A DNA stretch of 64,000 nt. Source: a virus. Position 1 is the stretch's first letter. Every line of letters begins with the position of its first letter. Both the position numbers and the translations under genes were made by a program. This document shows, in pieces, positions 36,717 through 47,961 of this stretch. The stretch lies in the IMG/VR virus record IMGVR_UViG_3300027782_003601, positions 32,001 through 96,000 of that record, one strand, 5' to 3'. The notes under the pieces are model-generated. The model was not told the DNA's origin, searched no databases, and saw only the letters and a list, made by a program, of their open reading frames with translations.

Positions 36717-38747
36717 ATGGCAATTAAACCGATAGATAAGAATTGGGGAAACGATAATAAAAAAATAAGTTATCTTGGTAAAGATTTTGCTTCATTAAAG
36801 CAAAATTTAATAGATTATACTAAAACTTATTTCCCCAATTCTTATGCTGATTTTTCCGATGCATCTCCTGGAAATATATTTATAGAGCAAGCAGCTGCTA
36901 TTGGTGATATTCTATCATTTTATCAAGATGTTCAATTAAAAGAATCAATGTTGGCTTATGCTACAGAACGTAAAAATGTTATAGCATTAGCACAAGCAAT
37001 GGGATATAAACCAAAAATATCATCTCCGGCGGTAACAACAATAACAATTTATCAATTAGTTCCATCGGTTGGAGTTGGTTCAAATAGTGTACCTGATAGT
37101 AGATATTATTTGAGAATAAAAGAAGGAATGGAAATCCAATCTTCAACGAATACAAACGTAATATTTAGAACAACAGATTCTGTTAATTTTGCAGAAACTG
37201 GCAGTAATTCGGTTAGTGTATTTGAAAGAGATACAAATGGTAATCCTACACGATATTTAATTTCAAAAAATGTAAAAGCTATATCAGCAAAAGAAATATC
37301 AACTTCAATTACATTTCAAGCAACTGATACCGATTATCCATCTTCAACATTAAATGATACCAATATTATAGAAATAACTTCGGTAAAAGATTTGGATACA
37401 AATGAAATATGGTACGAAGTTCCTTATTTAGCACAGGAAAGTATTTTTATTGAAAAACCAAACACCTCATATAATTCCGATTTAAGCGATTTCTCCGGTT
37501 CAGTACCTTATATTTTAGAAGTACAAAAAGCACCACGTAGATTTTCAACTAAAGTAAATTCCGATAATACAATTGATTTACAATTTGGTAGTGGTGGTGG
37601 TAGTGGATTAGCCGATGAACAAATATTACCTAATACAAAAAATATAGGATTGGGATTAGCAAATAGTATTCAAAGATTAAATAAAGGTATTGACCCATCT
37701 AATTTTTTAAAAACAAATACATTTGGAATATCACCCGCTGGTAAAACTCTTTTAGTAAAATATTTAGTTGGTGGTGGAATTGAATCAAACATTAATAGTG
37801 GTGATTTAACTACAATTAAAAAAATTGAATTTGAAGAAGATATATTATCAATTTCATCTGATATATTAAATTCATATAATGATACAAAAACAACCATTAT
37901 AGTTGAAAATTTAGAACCTGCGGTTGGTGGTAGAAGTAGTGAAACTATTGAAGAAATAAGACAAAATGCATTGGGTTCGTTTGGTTCTCAAAATAGAGCA
38001 GTAACAAGACAGGATTATATTGTTAGAGCATTATCTATGCCAGAACGATATGGTAGTATTGCAAAAGTATATGTATCACCTGATGGTGAAATTGATAATA
38101 ATTCACCAGCATCCATTTTAGCAAATCCAAAATATATTTCAGAATTTGTTGGATTAGTTGATGGGTTAAAAGGGAAATCGCAATCAGAAGTTCAAAAAGA
38201 ATTAGTTAAATATCTTTCACAAAAACGTTCTGCAATATCGGAAGTAAATAATCCATTTGCAATTAATATGTATATTTTGGGATATGATGCAAATAAAAAA
38301 CTTACAAATTTAAACACTGCAATTAAACAAAATCTTAAAACTTATTTAAGTGAATATCGTTTAATGACAGATTCTGTAAATTTATTAAATGGATTTATTG
38401 TAAATATTGGATGTGATTTTGAAATAGTTTGCTATTCTAATTATAATAAAAATGAAGTAATAGCAAATTGTTTAGTACAATTGCAAGATTATTTTAATAT
38501 AGATAATTGGACATTTAATAAACCAATAAATCTTTCAGAAATAGAATTAATATTAGCAAACGTAGAAGGAGTAATGAGCGTTCCATCGGCTAGAATACAT
38601 AATCTTTGTGGTGGGGATGGAAATTATTCTACAAACAAATATAATATAGAGCAAGCAACTAAAGATAAAATTGTGTATCCATCATTAGACCCTTGTGTTT
38701 TTGAAGTTAAGTACCCAAATAAAGATATTAAAGGAAGAGCACTATAA
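36717..38747 (+). CDS. baseplate wedge gp6 / baseplate J-like
   Basis: KDFASLKQNL, GDILSFYQD, AQAMGYKP, QNRAVTRQDY. Confidence 0.88.
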   Translation: MAIKPIDKNWGNDNKKISYLGKDFASLKQNLIDYTKTYFPNSYADFSDASPGNIFIEQAAAIGDILSFYQDVQLKESMLAYATERKNVIALAQAMGYKPKISSPAVTTITIYQLVPSVGVGSNSVPDSRYYLRIKEGMEIQSSTNTNVIFRTTDSVNFAETGSNSVSVFERDTNGNPTRYLISKNVKAISAKEISTSITFQATDTDYPSSTLNDTNIIEITSVKDLDTNEIWYEVPYLAQESIFIEKPNTSYNSDLSDFSGSVPYILEVQKAPRRFSTKVNSDNTIDLQFGSGGGSGLADEQILPNTKNIGLGLANSIQRLNKGIDPSNFLKTNTFGISPAGKTLLVKYLVGGGIESNINSGDLTTIKKIEFEEDILSISSDILNSYNDTKTTIIVENLEPAVGGRSSETIEEIRQNALGSFGSQNRAVTRQDYIVRALSMPERYGSIAKVYVSPDGEIDNNSPASILANPKYISEFVGLVDGLKGKSQSEVQKELVKYLSQKRSAISEVNNPFAINMYILGYDANKKLTNLNTAIKQNLKTYLSEYRLMTDSVNLLNGFIVNIGCDFEIVCYSNYNKNEVIANCLVQLQDYFNIDNWTFNKPINLSEIELILANVEGVMSVPSARIHNLCGGDGNYSTNKYNIEQATKDKIVYPSLDPCVFEVKYPNKDIKGRAL

Positions 38748-39847
38748 TGCATAAATTTTTCACATCATCATTTGACGCAAGTATATACTTACAACAACCA
38801 GACCAAAATGCAGGTAGGGATGAAATATTGGAAGTAGGTAAATTATATTATGGTTCTACCAAAGATATTGCTAGAACTTTAATTAAATTTAATTCAACAC
38901 AAATATCACAATCTGTTTATGAAAATATTGGTACAGGTAGTTATTCTGCATTTTTAAATTTAAAAGCAGCTAAATCGGAGGAAATACCATTACAATATAC
39001 TTTGTATGCAAACGCATTATCTTCAAGTTGGATAATGGGAACAGGTACTAAGTTTGATAATATTACAACGGATGGTGTTAGTTGGAAATATAGAGATGGG
39101 CAAACTAAATGGGTAGGTTATGATACAACAGGTGGTACAGCAGTATATCCTACTACTGGTAATACAACAACAGGTTCGGCAAATGCAGAAGGTGGTGTAT
39201 GGTATTTAAGTGGTTCATCATCTCAATCATTTGATTATGAAAGTGATGATGTTAGAATGGATGTTACAAATTTAGTTAAATTATGGGTAAGTGGTTCTAT
39301 AACAAACAATGGATTAATTTTACATCATGGTTTATCAAATGAAGCAGATACATTGGATTATGGTGTTATTAAATTCTTTTCAAAAGAAACCAATACAATA
39401 TATGAACCAAAATTAGAATTAGTTTGGGATGATAGTTCATTTTTAACTGGAAGTTTATTACCCGTTACAGGTTCCGCACAAGAAGGATATAAAGTAGTTA
39501 TTGGTAATTTAAAAACTAAATACGTTAGTAATACAAAAACAAAAATTAGATTAAAAGGTAGAGATATGTATCCATCAAAAACATTTGATAAAACATTCTC
39601 ATATGACCAAGTTAAATATTTACCATCTGGTTCAACTTATTATCAAATAGAAGATTATATAACAGGTGAATCAATATTCCCATTTGGTAATTATACTAAA
39701 GTAAGTTGTGATTCCACATCCAATTATTTTATAATGGATTTATCAACATTACCAATTAATAGAGAATACCGATTAAAAATAAAAATAATTGAAAACGGAA
39801 TATCTACATTTATAGATGATAAATATATATTTGAAATAATATCATAA
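38747..39847 (+). CDS. virion structural protein (DNRLRE-like)
   Basis: DASIY...NAGRDEILEVG...RTLIKF; KFFSKET...PKLEL. Confidence 0.6.
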   Translation: MHKFFTSSFDASIYLQQPDQNAGRDEILEVGKLYYGSTKDIARTLIKFNSTQISQSVYENIGTGSYSAFLNLKAAKSEEIPLQYTLYANALSSSWIMGTGTKFDNITTDGVSWKYRDGQTKWVGYDTTGGTAVYPTTGNTTTGSANAEGGVWYLSGSSSQSFDYESDDVRMDVTNLVKLWVSGSITNNGLILHHGLSNEADTLDYGVIKFFSKETNTIYEPKLELVWDDSSFLTGSLLPVTGSAQEGYKVVIGNLKTKYVSNTKTKIRLKGRDMYPSKTFDKTFSYDQVKYLPSGSTYYQIEDYITGESIFPFGNYTKVSCDSTSNYFIMDLSTLPINREYRLKIKIIENGISTFIDDKYIFEIIS

Positions 39848-41010
39848 TGAATACAGCAGAAACAATTTCTGAAAAAATACAAGATGTAAAAGATATGCGT
39901 TTGGAAGAAATTTTAAAAATATCTGGTTCAGCTGCTATTACAAAAAATGAATATGGTGTAACTATTGTAAATGAAAATGATTCAGCATCTTCTTTAATTT
40001 TTAAATCTTTAAATAAAGATAAATACGATGATGCCGAATTAGAAAAAGCAATAGATGTTGTAATCAAAGAATTAAAACCTAATATTCCTAAACCGAATTT
40101 AGATTTAGTTCCAAAACCATTATATGATGCCGAAGTTGCAACAAATGAGGATTTAAGAAAAAAAGTAGCTGCTTTAACTCTAGAAAATGAAGATTTAAAA
40201 CAACAAGTTGCTACATTACAATCATTGATAGAAATAGAAATAAACAAAAGATTAATAATAGAACAAACCAATGATGCATTATCAAATCAATTAACAATTT
40301 TATCAAAAACTATTTCCGATTTTGCATTACAAATATCAACGGCAGTTCAAAAATCAATTGATGAATCCATTTTAAGAGCATCTTTACAAGCACAGAATAA
40401 AGGTTTCTTTGCACAGATTACGGCATTGATTAAACAAATAGATTCATTAAACTCAGTCATTGAAGGTTTACAAGCGCAATTAGGCGCATCTCAACAACAA
40501 CAAGCACTTGTACAAGGAACAAGAGCAACGGCATTGGCAAGTGGGGCAGATATGTTATTAGAAACTGTATTGGTTAAGTTAGAACCATCTATAGCTAAAT
40601 CAGAACCACCAATTAAAGCAAATATAAGTTCTGAATTAAATGGTAAGTGGATTAATGGGCAAACTATTAAATTTACAAATAACGATAAAGAACCAATAAA
40701 AGTTGAAATATCAGTTAGTTATCCAAATAATATTAAATTCTTTAATATACCAGAAACATCATTTACTGTTGGTGCAGATGGAACAAAAGATATAACTTTA
40801 ACTCTAGATGTACAGGCAACAAGAACATATGCTGCAAATTGGGTAAAGACATATGCAGGGATATTCACATCCGAAACCAATTCAAAAGATTACACAGGTG
40901 GTTTGATGAGTATAACTGTAACTAATGCAGCAGGTAAGAGTGAGATGAAACCTTACGGAATCAAATTATCTAAAAAGAATAAAGAAGATTATCAAAATCA
41001 TCAAACATAA
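39847..41010 (+). CDS. virion-associated coiled-coil protein
   Basis: Context; long heptad region. Confidence 0.55.
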   Translation: MNTAETISEKIQDVKDMRLEEILKISGSAAITKNEYGVTIVNENDSASSLIFKSLNKDKYDDAELEKAIDVVIKELKPNIPKPNLDLVPKPLYDAEVATNEDLRKKVAALTLENEDLKQQVATLQSLIEIEINKRLIIEQTNDALSNQLTILSKTISDFALQISTAVQKSIDESILRASLQAQNKGFFAQITALIKQIDSLNSVIEGLQAQLGASQQQQALVQGTRATALASGADMLLETVLVKLEPSIAKSEPPIKANISSELNGKWINGQTIKFTNNDKEPIKVEISVSYPNNIKFFNIPETSFTVGADGTKDITLTLDVQATRTYAANWVKTYAGIFTSETNSKDYTGGLMSITVTNAAGKSEMKPYGIKLSKKNKEDYQNHQT

Positions 41011-41016
41011 TAATTT

Positions 41017-42339
41017 ATGAGTATTACAAAATATACTAACTTTGAGCAAATTGATTCTAGAAAAGAAAATAAAGGTGATTTTCTTTTAAAGGATGATTTA
41101 CTTATTGTGTCCAAAACTGAAATAGAAGAAGCAGATTTTGGTGATTGTAAGCATGATGTAATGGAAGTATCTGTATATGATGTTAATAATGTTTTGTTAC
41201 CAAATAAAACAGGAAATAATGTTGCATATATAAAACCAAATGATATAAAAAACTATATGTACGATATAGTTAATAAAGTTGGTCAAAAAGAACTTGCTAT
41301 AAATGTTGAAAAATTATTAAATAATTTAGGATTTTCAAATGGTATTCTTAAAATTAATATAAATTTTGTAAGGAATAAAATAGGAACGGATAATGAATTA
41401 ACAAGAGTTTGGATTCAAGAAATATCACCATCAAGAGAAGAAATTCGTATTTTACCATTAAAAACAAAAGATGGTGAAGTAAATAAAATTACAAAATCAG
41501 AATTTAAAAATATTCACAATTTAAGTAAAGATTTTAAATACTATAAAAAAAATATATTAGATGCCTTAGATAAATTTGAAGGAAATTCTTTAACTGTAAT
41601 AGATGATGCTTTAGTTGCTAAATTTGGAAATGATTTTAGAGATGTATTAAAAAAAGATTTTGGATTAAGAAATTTAGATGATTTTCATAAAAGAATATTT
41701 GAAAATTTTAGAGATAGTATTAAAAATTGGGTAAATAATAAATACTATGATGTAACGCAACCTACCTTTGGTAAACCATCGGAAATACGATTTGAAAATT
41801 GTGGACAATACAATTTTGGTATGTTGATGGGTGAAATTCAAAACATATTAAATAATTGTATCCAATTTAATACAAAGGCATTACAAAGAAGGCAAGTTGA
41901 TATTAAACAATTACCAAAAGAATTTGCAATAGTTGAATTAAGAAAACAAATTCAAAATAATTTAGATGCATTTAGTACTAAAATTGATATTAAGAGAAAC
42001 ATTTATATGCCAGATAAAGTGGATATAACTGTTACTGGAACAAATGAATTGCCACCAATTAAAACTACAAAAGAAGTTATAATTACAGAACCAGACCTTA
42101 CACCAATACCACCACCCAAACCTAAGCCTGTAAAAGAACCTGTTAAAGAAATAACACCCACAGTTGTAACAACTCCAAAACCAAATTTAGTAGATACTGC
42201 ATTTAGTACTGCTGCTGAACAAGAAATAGGATTAGGAATCGCAAATTCGGGAAATAGATTTTATAGTACATATGTACCTGGTGGATTTGATGCCAATTTA
42301 TCTAATGTAGAGAATGACCCAACGGGTAGAGATTATTAA
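41017..42339 (+). CDS. virion structural protein
   Basis: IQEISPSREEIRI; context. Confidence 0.55.
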   Translation: MSITKYTNFEQIDSRKENKGDFLLKDDLLIVSKTEIEEADFGDCKHDVMEVSVYDVNNVLLPNKTGNNVAYIKPNDIKNYMYDIVNKVGQKELAINVEKLLNNLGFSNGILKININFVRNKIGTDNELTRVWIQEISPSREEIRILPLKTKDGEVNKITKSEFKNIHNLSKDFKYYKKNILDALDKFEGNSLTVIDDALVAKFGNDFRDVLKKDFGLRNLDDFHKRIFENFRDSIKNWVNNKYYDVTQPTFGKPSEIRFENCGQYNFGMLMGEIQNILNNCIQFNTKALQRRQVDIKQLPKEFAIVELRKQIQNNLDAFSTKIDIKRNIYMPDKVDITVTGTNELPPIKTTKEVIITEPDLTPIPPPKPKPVKEPVKEITPTVVTTPKPNLVDTAFSTAAEQEIGLGIANSGNRFYSTYVPGGFDANLSNVENDPTGRDY

Positions 42340-42368
42340 TAATAAGATATTTATAATAAAAGTATTAA

Positions 42369-45300
42369 ATGGCATTAACTGACGAGCAAAAATTAGAGGC
42401 GGATAAAATTGGAATGACATACGAATTGTATGAGGCATTGAGCAATATAACAATTGACCCAAAGGCTCTTTCAGGTTTGAATGAAACTCTTGCTCAATTA
42501 AACTCACCTGCTGGGCAAGCTCAACTGCAAGCTGATATTGCAAAAAATATTGGACCTATAAATCCACTTACAATGTTGGGCTCTGATACAATTGGACCAA
42601 TCTATCAACCATTAACTTTTACGGATTCTGCTGGTAATGCTGTTGTAGTAAATGAAAGAAACCCAACAAATGTACCACAAACATTAAAAGCTCTTCAAGA
42701 TTTAGAAATTACAAAAGTTGCAGATATTCCTTTACCAAATCCACCTGCTACTCAAACGAGAATAGAAAAACAAGAAATAGTTACACCAAATCCAAATTCT
42801 CAATATGAAATTTCTTTTGGTAGTAATTTTAAAAATGAGTTAGGAGGTAACGTATCTTTATCTTATCAAATTGTATTAAATGATTACATACATGATAGTG
42901 GTGTTTTATTTTTAGATGGAACTAAAAGTTCTATTAAAAAACAATTATCAAAAGATATTTTACAAAATGGTAAAGTTTTATTAAAAATAGAAGGAAATCT
43001 TCCTGATGGGTTTACATTCAATGGAATTTATGAAGGTAATTCATCTCAAATAAAAAACGAAGGTAAAGATTTATCTGCATTAAATAAAGTAAATGGTACT
43101 GTATTTTCCGTATCTGCAAACAAATTATTTAGTAGTTTTGTTGTTATTGCAAATTTTCAAAAAGAAATTAAATATGCAGAACCAAAAATTAGTTTACCAA
43201 ACGGTAATAAATTTAATGTTTTTGTAAAAGATTCTGATTTAGAAAAATCAATTGCAATTCCTTTTAATACGGAACAAGCGGATAAAGTAATTGTATATTT
43301 AGGACCTAATAATACATTAGAAGTACCTGCATCGGATAGACAAGCAATTATTTATTTTCAAAAAGATTTTGCAGAAGTGTATGGTACTAAAAAAATAATA
43401 TTAGTAGCATATAGTAATAATTTTGGTACTGGTGGTAGAACCGAAGTTAATGTAACATTTACATCTATAAACGATTTCCCATCTATTACAGAAACAACAT
43501 TTGCTGAATTAATAGATGTTCCATCTTTTTCAGATTATAATCTATCATATGATGTAAGTTGGAATACATTTGCAGCAACAAGTGTAGATATACATTTAAA
43601 ATTAAAAAATAATTCATTTGTTCCATTATTCGTAAATCAACCTACAAATGGAAAAGTAAACATACATCTTAAAACATTAAGAGAAAAATTTCCTAATTGG
43701 GTAGGTAGTAATACCATAACTTTAAAATTAATACCATACAATAGAGGTGGTGCAGAATCATTAACTGGAAATGATTATGAAATTGTAACAAATTTAATTT
43801 TACCAAAATTAGAAATTAATGAAGAGATTTTTGGTAAAGCAATGTTTGATGCTTTTATTGAAAAGTTACAAATAATTGAACCGGAAAAAGAAAGTAAATA
43901 TCTCACACACCTTGCTAATTTTGGCAATGATGAAGAAATATTAATTTCATCTTGGGAAGAAGATGATTGGACATTATCTAAAAAATCCGTAGATAATTTA
44001 GGTAATGAATTTGTACAGGAAAGTGATAAAGTAGAATCTTTAATTTTAAAATTATATTCACCAATTCCTGCATCGGTAACACCAAACTCAACATTTTGGG
44101 TTACAAAATTACTAACAAATCCATTAGTAGAAACTGTAATACTTACAGAACAAGATAATTTATCTTGCCCACCAATAAAAGGACCTAATTTTTCAATTGA
44201 AGTTGATTATATAAAAGGTAGTGCTACTAATTATGAATCATTGGATGATATAATATTAACAAATACATCATCCGCACAATTAGTTGGTATGTATTTGAGT
44301 TCATCATTGGTTAATACGGATGATTTAAATATTGAATATACAACTGGTTCTACATATGCATGGAATAACTTTGTACATTTTAGTTCTGCAAAAGAAAGAG
44401 TAGATAATTTTGTTTATAAAGTTCAGTTAATTGAAAATTATGAATCATTAATATCAGCATCTTACTATGACCCATCATCTTATGGACACACAAATACAAT
44501 TTCTGCGCAACAAGAAAGAGAAAAACAACAATTAAAAAAAGACCAATTAATAAATGCATTTGATGGATTTGAAAATTTCTTATACACATCATCTTCAATA
44601 AGTTGGCCTTATAGTGGTAGTATTAGATTGTTATCAACAAATTCAAATGTAACAAATTGGTATGAAAATATTATAACATTAGCAGGAGATTTTGATATAG
44701 AAAATCCAAATTGGGTTCAAAACAATATTCCACAATTCATTGTAAATAATACAGATAATGAAAGTATGTTATTATTTTTATCAATGGTTGGACAACATTT
44801 TGATAACATATATTTTTATACAAAATCAATTGAAAAAAGTAGAGGTTTGGGTTACAAATCAAAAAATGGTATTTCTGATAAACTCTTATTTGAAACACTT
44901 AAATCTTTTGATTGGGATGCTAAGAATTTAGGAACAGATTCTAAACTTTGGGATTATGTTTTTGGAAAAGATATAAATGGTGGAGTTACAAATACTAATC
45001 CTGTTAAACAAAGAACATATGAAGTTTGGAGAAGAATTGTAAATAATTTACCATATCTATTAAAACACAAAGGTACACGCAGAGGTGTATATGCTTTATT
45101 AAGTTGTTATGGTATTCCATCATCAAATCTTTCTATTTTAGAATTTGGAGGACCCGAAGTTACGGATACCAATAAGAGTAAATTAGTAATGGATAATATT
45201 ACAACTGCTCTTAAAATGAATAATGGTTCTAGAATTGATTTTGAATGGAAAAATACAGAAAAAAATAGAAGACCAGATACAATTGAATTTTTTGTAAAAC

Positions 45301-47279
45301 CTACAACAAGTGGGTTATATACTTTAATTTCAGGTAGTGGTTGGGATATAAAATTAAGTGGTTCTGCTAATAGTAATAATGGATATGTAATATTTGATTA
45401 TTCAACTACAAATGCAATTAGTTCTTCTATATTACCTATATTTAATGGTTCATTTTTTGGTATATCTGTAAGTAGAGAAGTTAGTGGTAGTTTTCACAAC
45501 TTAGAATTAAATGTTAGACAAGCAGATAAAGAAAGAACTTTATTCCAAAATAACACAACTGCAAGTGTTGCAAGTGGTAGTTCAAATTGGAATAGTGGTT
45601 CTTTTATCACATTAGGTGGTAGTTTTAGTGGTAGTATTGATGAATTCCGTTTATGGTCTACACCATTAAATAAGGAAAGATTTTACGAACACGTTTCTTT
45701 TCCAGAAATGATTAATGGAAACCATATATCAGCATCAACTGATGATTTGTTTTTCCGTTTAGATTTTGAATATCCTAAAAACTTAGCAACATATACTACA
45801 TTACCAAATGTAGATACAAATATTTACTTTAGTGGAAGTTTAAAAAGAAATAATTATGAAAGTGGTAGTTCTGCTTTATTATATTCACAAAATCCTTCTG
45901 CATCATATTCGGCAAGTACATATGGATTTTCAAACATAAATACCTATCCATATAATTTTGAAGCAATAGATAGAACAGTTGTATTAGATATACCAGATTT
46001 TGGTTCATCAAGATATTCAACTAATAAAATACGTTTTGAAGAACAAACATTACTAACAGATTTATCGGTTAATAGTAGAGCTACTAGAAAATCATTTGAC
46101 CAATCTCCAACTGATTCAAATAGAGTTGGTTTATTTTTCTCTCCTACAAAAGAGTTAAATATTGATATTGCTAAATCATTTGGTGGAATTAATTTAGATA
46201 ATTATATTGGTGACCCTTCCGATAAATACAAATCAAATTATAAAGATTTGGATAGTTTAAGAAGTTATTATTTTAAAAGATTTAATAATATAGACATATA
46301 TGCTTATATTAACTTGATTAAGTTATATGAAAAATCTATGTTTGAAGATATTAAAAATATGCTGCCTGCAAGAGCAAAAGCAACAACGGGTCTTTTAATT
46401 GAACCACATTTTTTAGAAAGAAGTAAAATTGCTCAAAAAAAACCAACTGGTGAAAATGAACAATATGAAACTGCAATACATTATGATGAATCTACTTTAA
46501 TAACTTCTGAAAATATTCAAAAAGAAATAATATTAGATGCAAATTCTGAATATTTATTTACTGCAGAAAATAATCAATATGATTCAATAGTTGATGCAAA
46601 TTTAAGTGAAAATTTAAATGTTGATAATTATCAATATGATGTTGAAATTCCAACTTCTAAAACTACTTTAGTAGAAGCTGAATCTTATCAAAAAGATATT
46701 TTAATAGATGCAGGATTAAAAGACCCTACAATACTTACTGAAATTGATATACTTAATAGTAATATTGTAGTTGGTCAAACTGATTATGAAAATATTGGAT
46801 TTGGATTGTATGCTGAAAACGGATATGCAATTAGAACATATTTTGATAAAAATGGAAGAATTGTAAAAGAAAGAGTAAAAGTTGATTTAGTTAAAGAACA
46901 AAAAACAATAAATATTGTTAAATTTAAAACAGTTACAAATGGTGTTGGTGACCCAAGAGATGGTATGATTTTATCATCATCGGTTTACTACGAAACATCT
47001 TTAAATATACAACCATTTTCTGGTTCTAAAGTAATTAACGCAGGAACTGGGAGTATAATTGAAGTAACACCTGTTAGTGGATATTTACCAACTCACTTTA
47101 GAAATGTATCTGATTTGACAAGAGGAATGGAAAATTCTTATTTTAGAGGTTCAAAAAACACGGCAGCAACTACTTTGGATGGAACTCCTCCAATTGAGGT
47201 ATTCTCAACTAACCCTAATACATTAAAAGTAAATAAAGCAGGTAGAAGTGCAAATGAACCAATTTTGGAAGTTGAGTAA
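42369..47279 (+). CDS. large baseplate/tail protein with LamG-like domain
   Basis: NFVHFSSAKERV, NLPYLLKHKGT, FSGSIDEFRLW. Confidence 0.7.
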   Translation: MALTDEQKLEADKIGMTYELYEALSNITIDPKALSGLNETLAQLNSPAGQAQLQADIAKNIGPINPLTMLGSDTIGPIYQPLTFTDSAGNAVVVNERNPTNVPQTLKALQDLEITKVADIPLPNPPATQTRIEKQEIVTPNPNSQYEISFGSNFKNELGGNVSLSYQIVLNDYIHDSGVLFLDGTKSSIKKQLSKDILQNGKVLLKIEGNLPDGFTFNGIYEGNSSQIKNEGKDLSALNKVNGTVFSVSANKLFSSFVVIANFQKEIKYAEPKISLPNGNKFNVFVKDSDLEKSIAIPFNTEQADKVIVYLGPNNTLEVPASDRQAIIYFQKDFAEVYGTKKIILVAYSNNFGTGGRTEVNVTFTSINDFPSITETTFAELIDVPSFSDYNLSYDVSWNTFAATSVDIHLKLKNNSFVPLFVNQPTNGKVNIHLKTLREKFPNWVGSNTITLKLIPYNRGGAESLTGNDYEIVTNLILPKLEINEEIFGKAMFDAFIEKLQIIEPEKESKYLTHLANFGNDEEILISSWEEDDWTLSKKSVDNLGNEFVQESDKVESLILKLYSPIPASVTPNSTFWVTKLLTNPLVETVILTEQDNLSCPPIKGPNFSIEVDYIKGSATNYESLDDIILTNTSSAQLVGMYLSSSLVNTDDLNIEYTTGSTYAWNNFVHFSSAKERVDNFVYKVQLIENYESLISASYYDPSSYGHTNTISAQQEREKQQLKKDQLINAFDGFENFLYTSSSISWPYSGSIRLLSTNSNVTNWYENIITLAGDFDIENPNWVQNNIPQFIVNNTDNESMLLFLSMVGQHFDNIYFYTKSIEKSRGLGYKSKNGISDKLLFETLKSFDWDAKNLGTDSKLWDYVFGKDINGGVTNTNPVKQRTYEVWRRIVNNLPYLLKHKGTRRGVYALLSCYGIPSSNLSILEFGGPEVTDTNKSKLVMDNITTALKMNNGSRIDFEWKNTEKNRRPDTIEFFVKPTTSGLYTLISGSGWDIKLSGSANSNNGYVIFDYSTTNAISSSILPIFNGSFFGISVSREVSGSFHNLELNVRQADKERTLFQNNTTASVASGSSNWNSGSFITLGGSFSGSIDEFRLWSTPLNKERFYEHVSFPEMINGNHISASTDDLFFRLDFEYPKNLATYTTLPNVDTNIYFSGSLKRNNYESGSSALLYSQNPSASYSASTYGFSNINTYPYNFEAIDRTVVLDIPDFGSSRYSTNKIRFEEQTLLTDLSVNSRATRKSFDQSPTDSNRVGLFFSPTKELNIDIAKSFGGINLDNYIGDPSDKYKSNYKDLDSLRSYYFKRFNNIDIYAYINLIKLYEKSMFEDIKNMLPARAKATTGLLIEPHFLERSKIAQKKPTGENEQYETAIHYDESTLITSENIQKEIILDANSEYLFTAENNQYDSIVDANLSENLNVDNYQYDVEIPTSKTTLVEAESYQKDILIDAGLKDPTILTEIDILNSNIVVGQTDYENIGFGLYAENGYAIRTYFDKNGRIVKERVKVDLVKEQKTINIVKFKTVTNGVGDPRDGMILSSSVYYETSLNIQPFSGSKVINAGTGSIIEVTPVSGYLPTHFRNVSDLTRGMENSYFRGSKNTAATTLDGTPPIEVFSTNPNTLKVNKAGRSANEPILEVE

Positions 47280-47328
47280 TAATTTTTAAAAAAACTATAT
47301 TTATATCAAAAGATAATACATTAATACT

Positions 47329-47952
47329 ATGGGATATTTAAGTAATACCGAATTAACAGTAGATGCAATCCTTACAAAAAAAGGTAGAGAGAAACTGGCA
47401 GCGGGACAGGGTTTAAACATTACTCAATTTGCTTTGGCAGATGATGAGATTGATTATTCATTATATGAACCAGCTCACCCACTTGGTTCAGCTTACTACG
47501 ATGCAGCAATTAAAAATATGCCTGTATTAGAAGCAAATCCTGATGAAACTCAGGTAATGAAATATAAATTAGTAACACTTCCAAAAAATACAACTCGTAT
47601 TCCAGTAGTTGAATTTGGTGTTCCTAACATTTCAGTTAATCAAAAAAGTGGTGAAGTTGCATTATCACCAACAACATCTCCAGCAGGAAATAGAAGTTTA
47701 GGATACACCATTGTATTATCAAACAAAAATGCAGGTGATATTATTGGTGCAGGTGTAACATCGGAAGTTGGTTCAGTACCTATTTTTATTGGTGATGATA
47801 TTTCAGCAACTGCAGCAGTATCTAAAGGATTAACATTCAAATTTATACCGAATCCATCTTTAACATCTACCATTAAAACTACTATTACAGTTTATGGTAA
47901 TGAAACAGGGGGTTCACAAACTATTCCAATTACCGTAACTTACGTTCAATAA
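47329..47952 (+). CDS. virion structural protein (tail-collar-like N-terminus)
   Basis: DAILTKKGREKLA...ITQFALADDEIDY. Confidence 0.65.
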   Translation: MGYLSNTELTVDAILTKKGREKLAAGQGLNITQFALADDEIDYSLYEPAHPLGSAYYDAAIKNMPVLEANPDETQVMKYKLVTLPKNTTRIPVVEFGVPNISVNQKSGEVALSPTTSPAGNRSLGYTIVLSNKNAGDIIGAGVTSEVGSVPIFIGDDISATAAVSKGLTFKFIPNPSLTSTIKTTITVYGNETGGSQTIPITVTYVQ

Positions 47953-47961
47953 TAAAGAAAA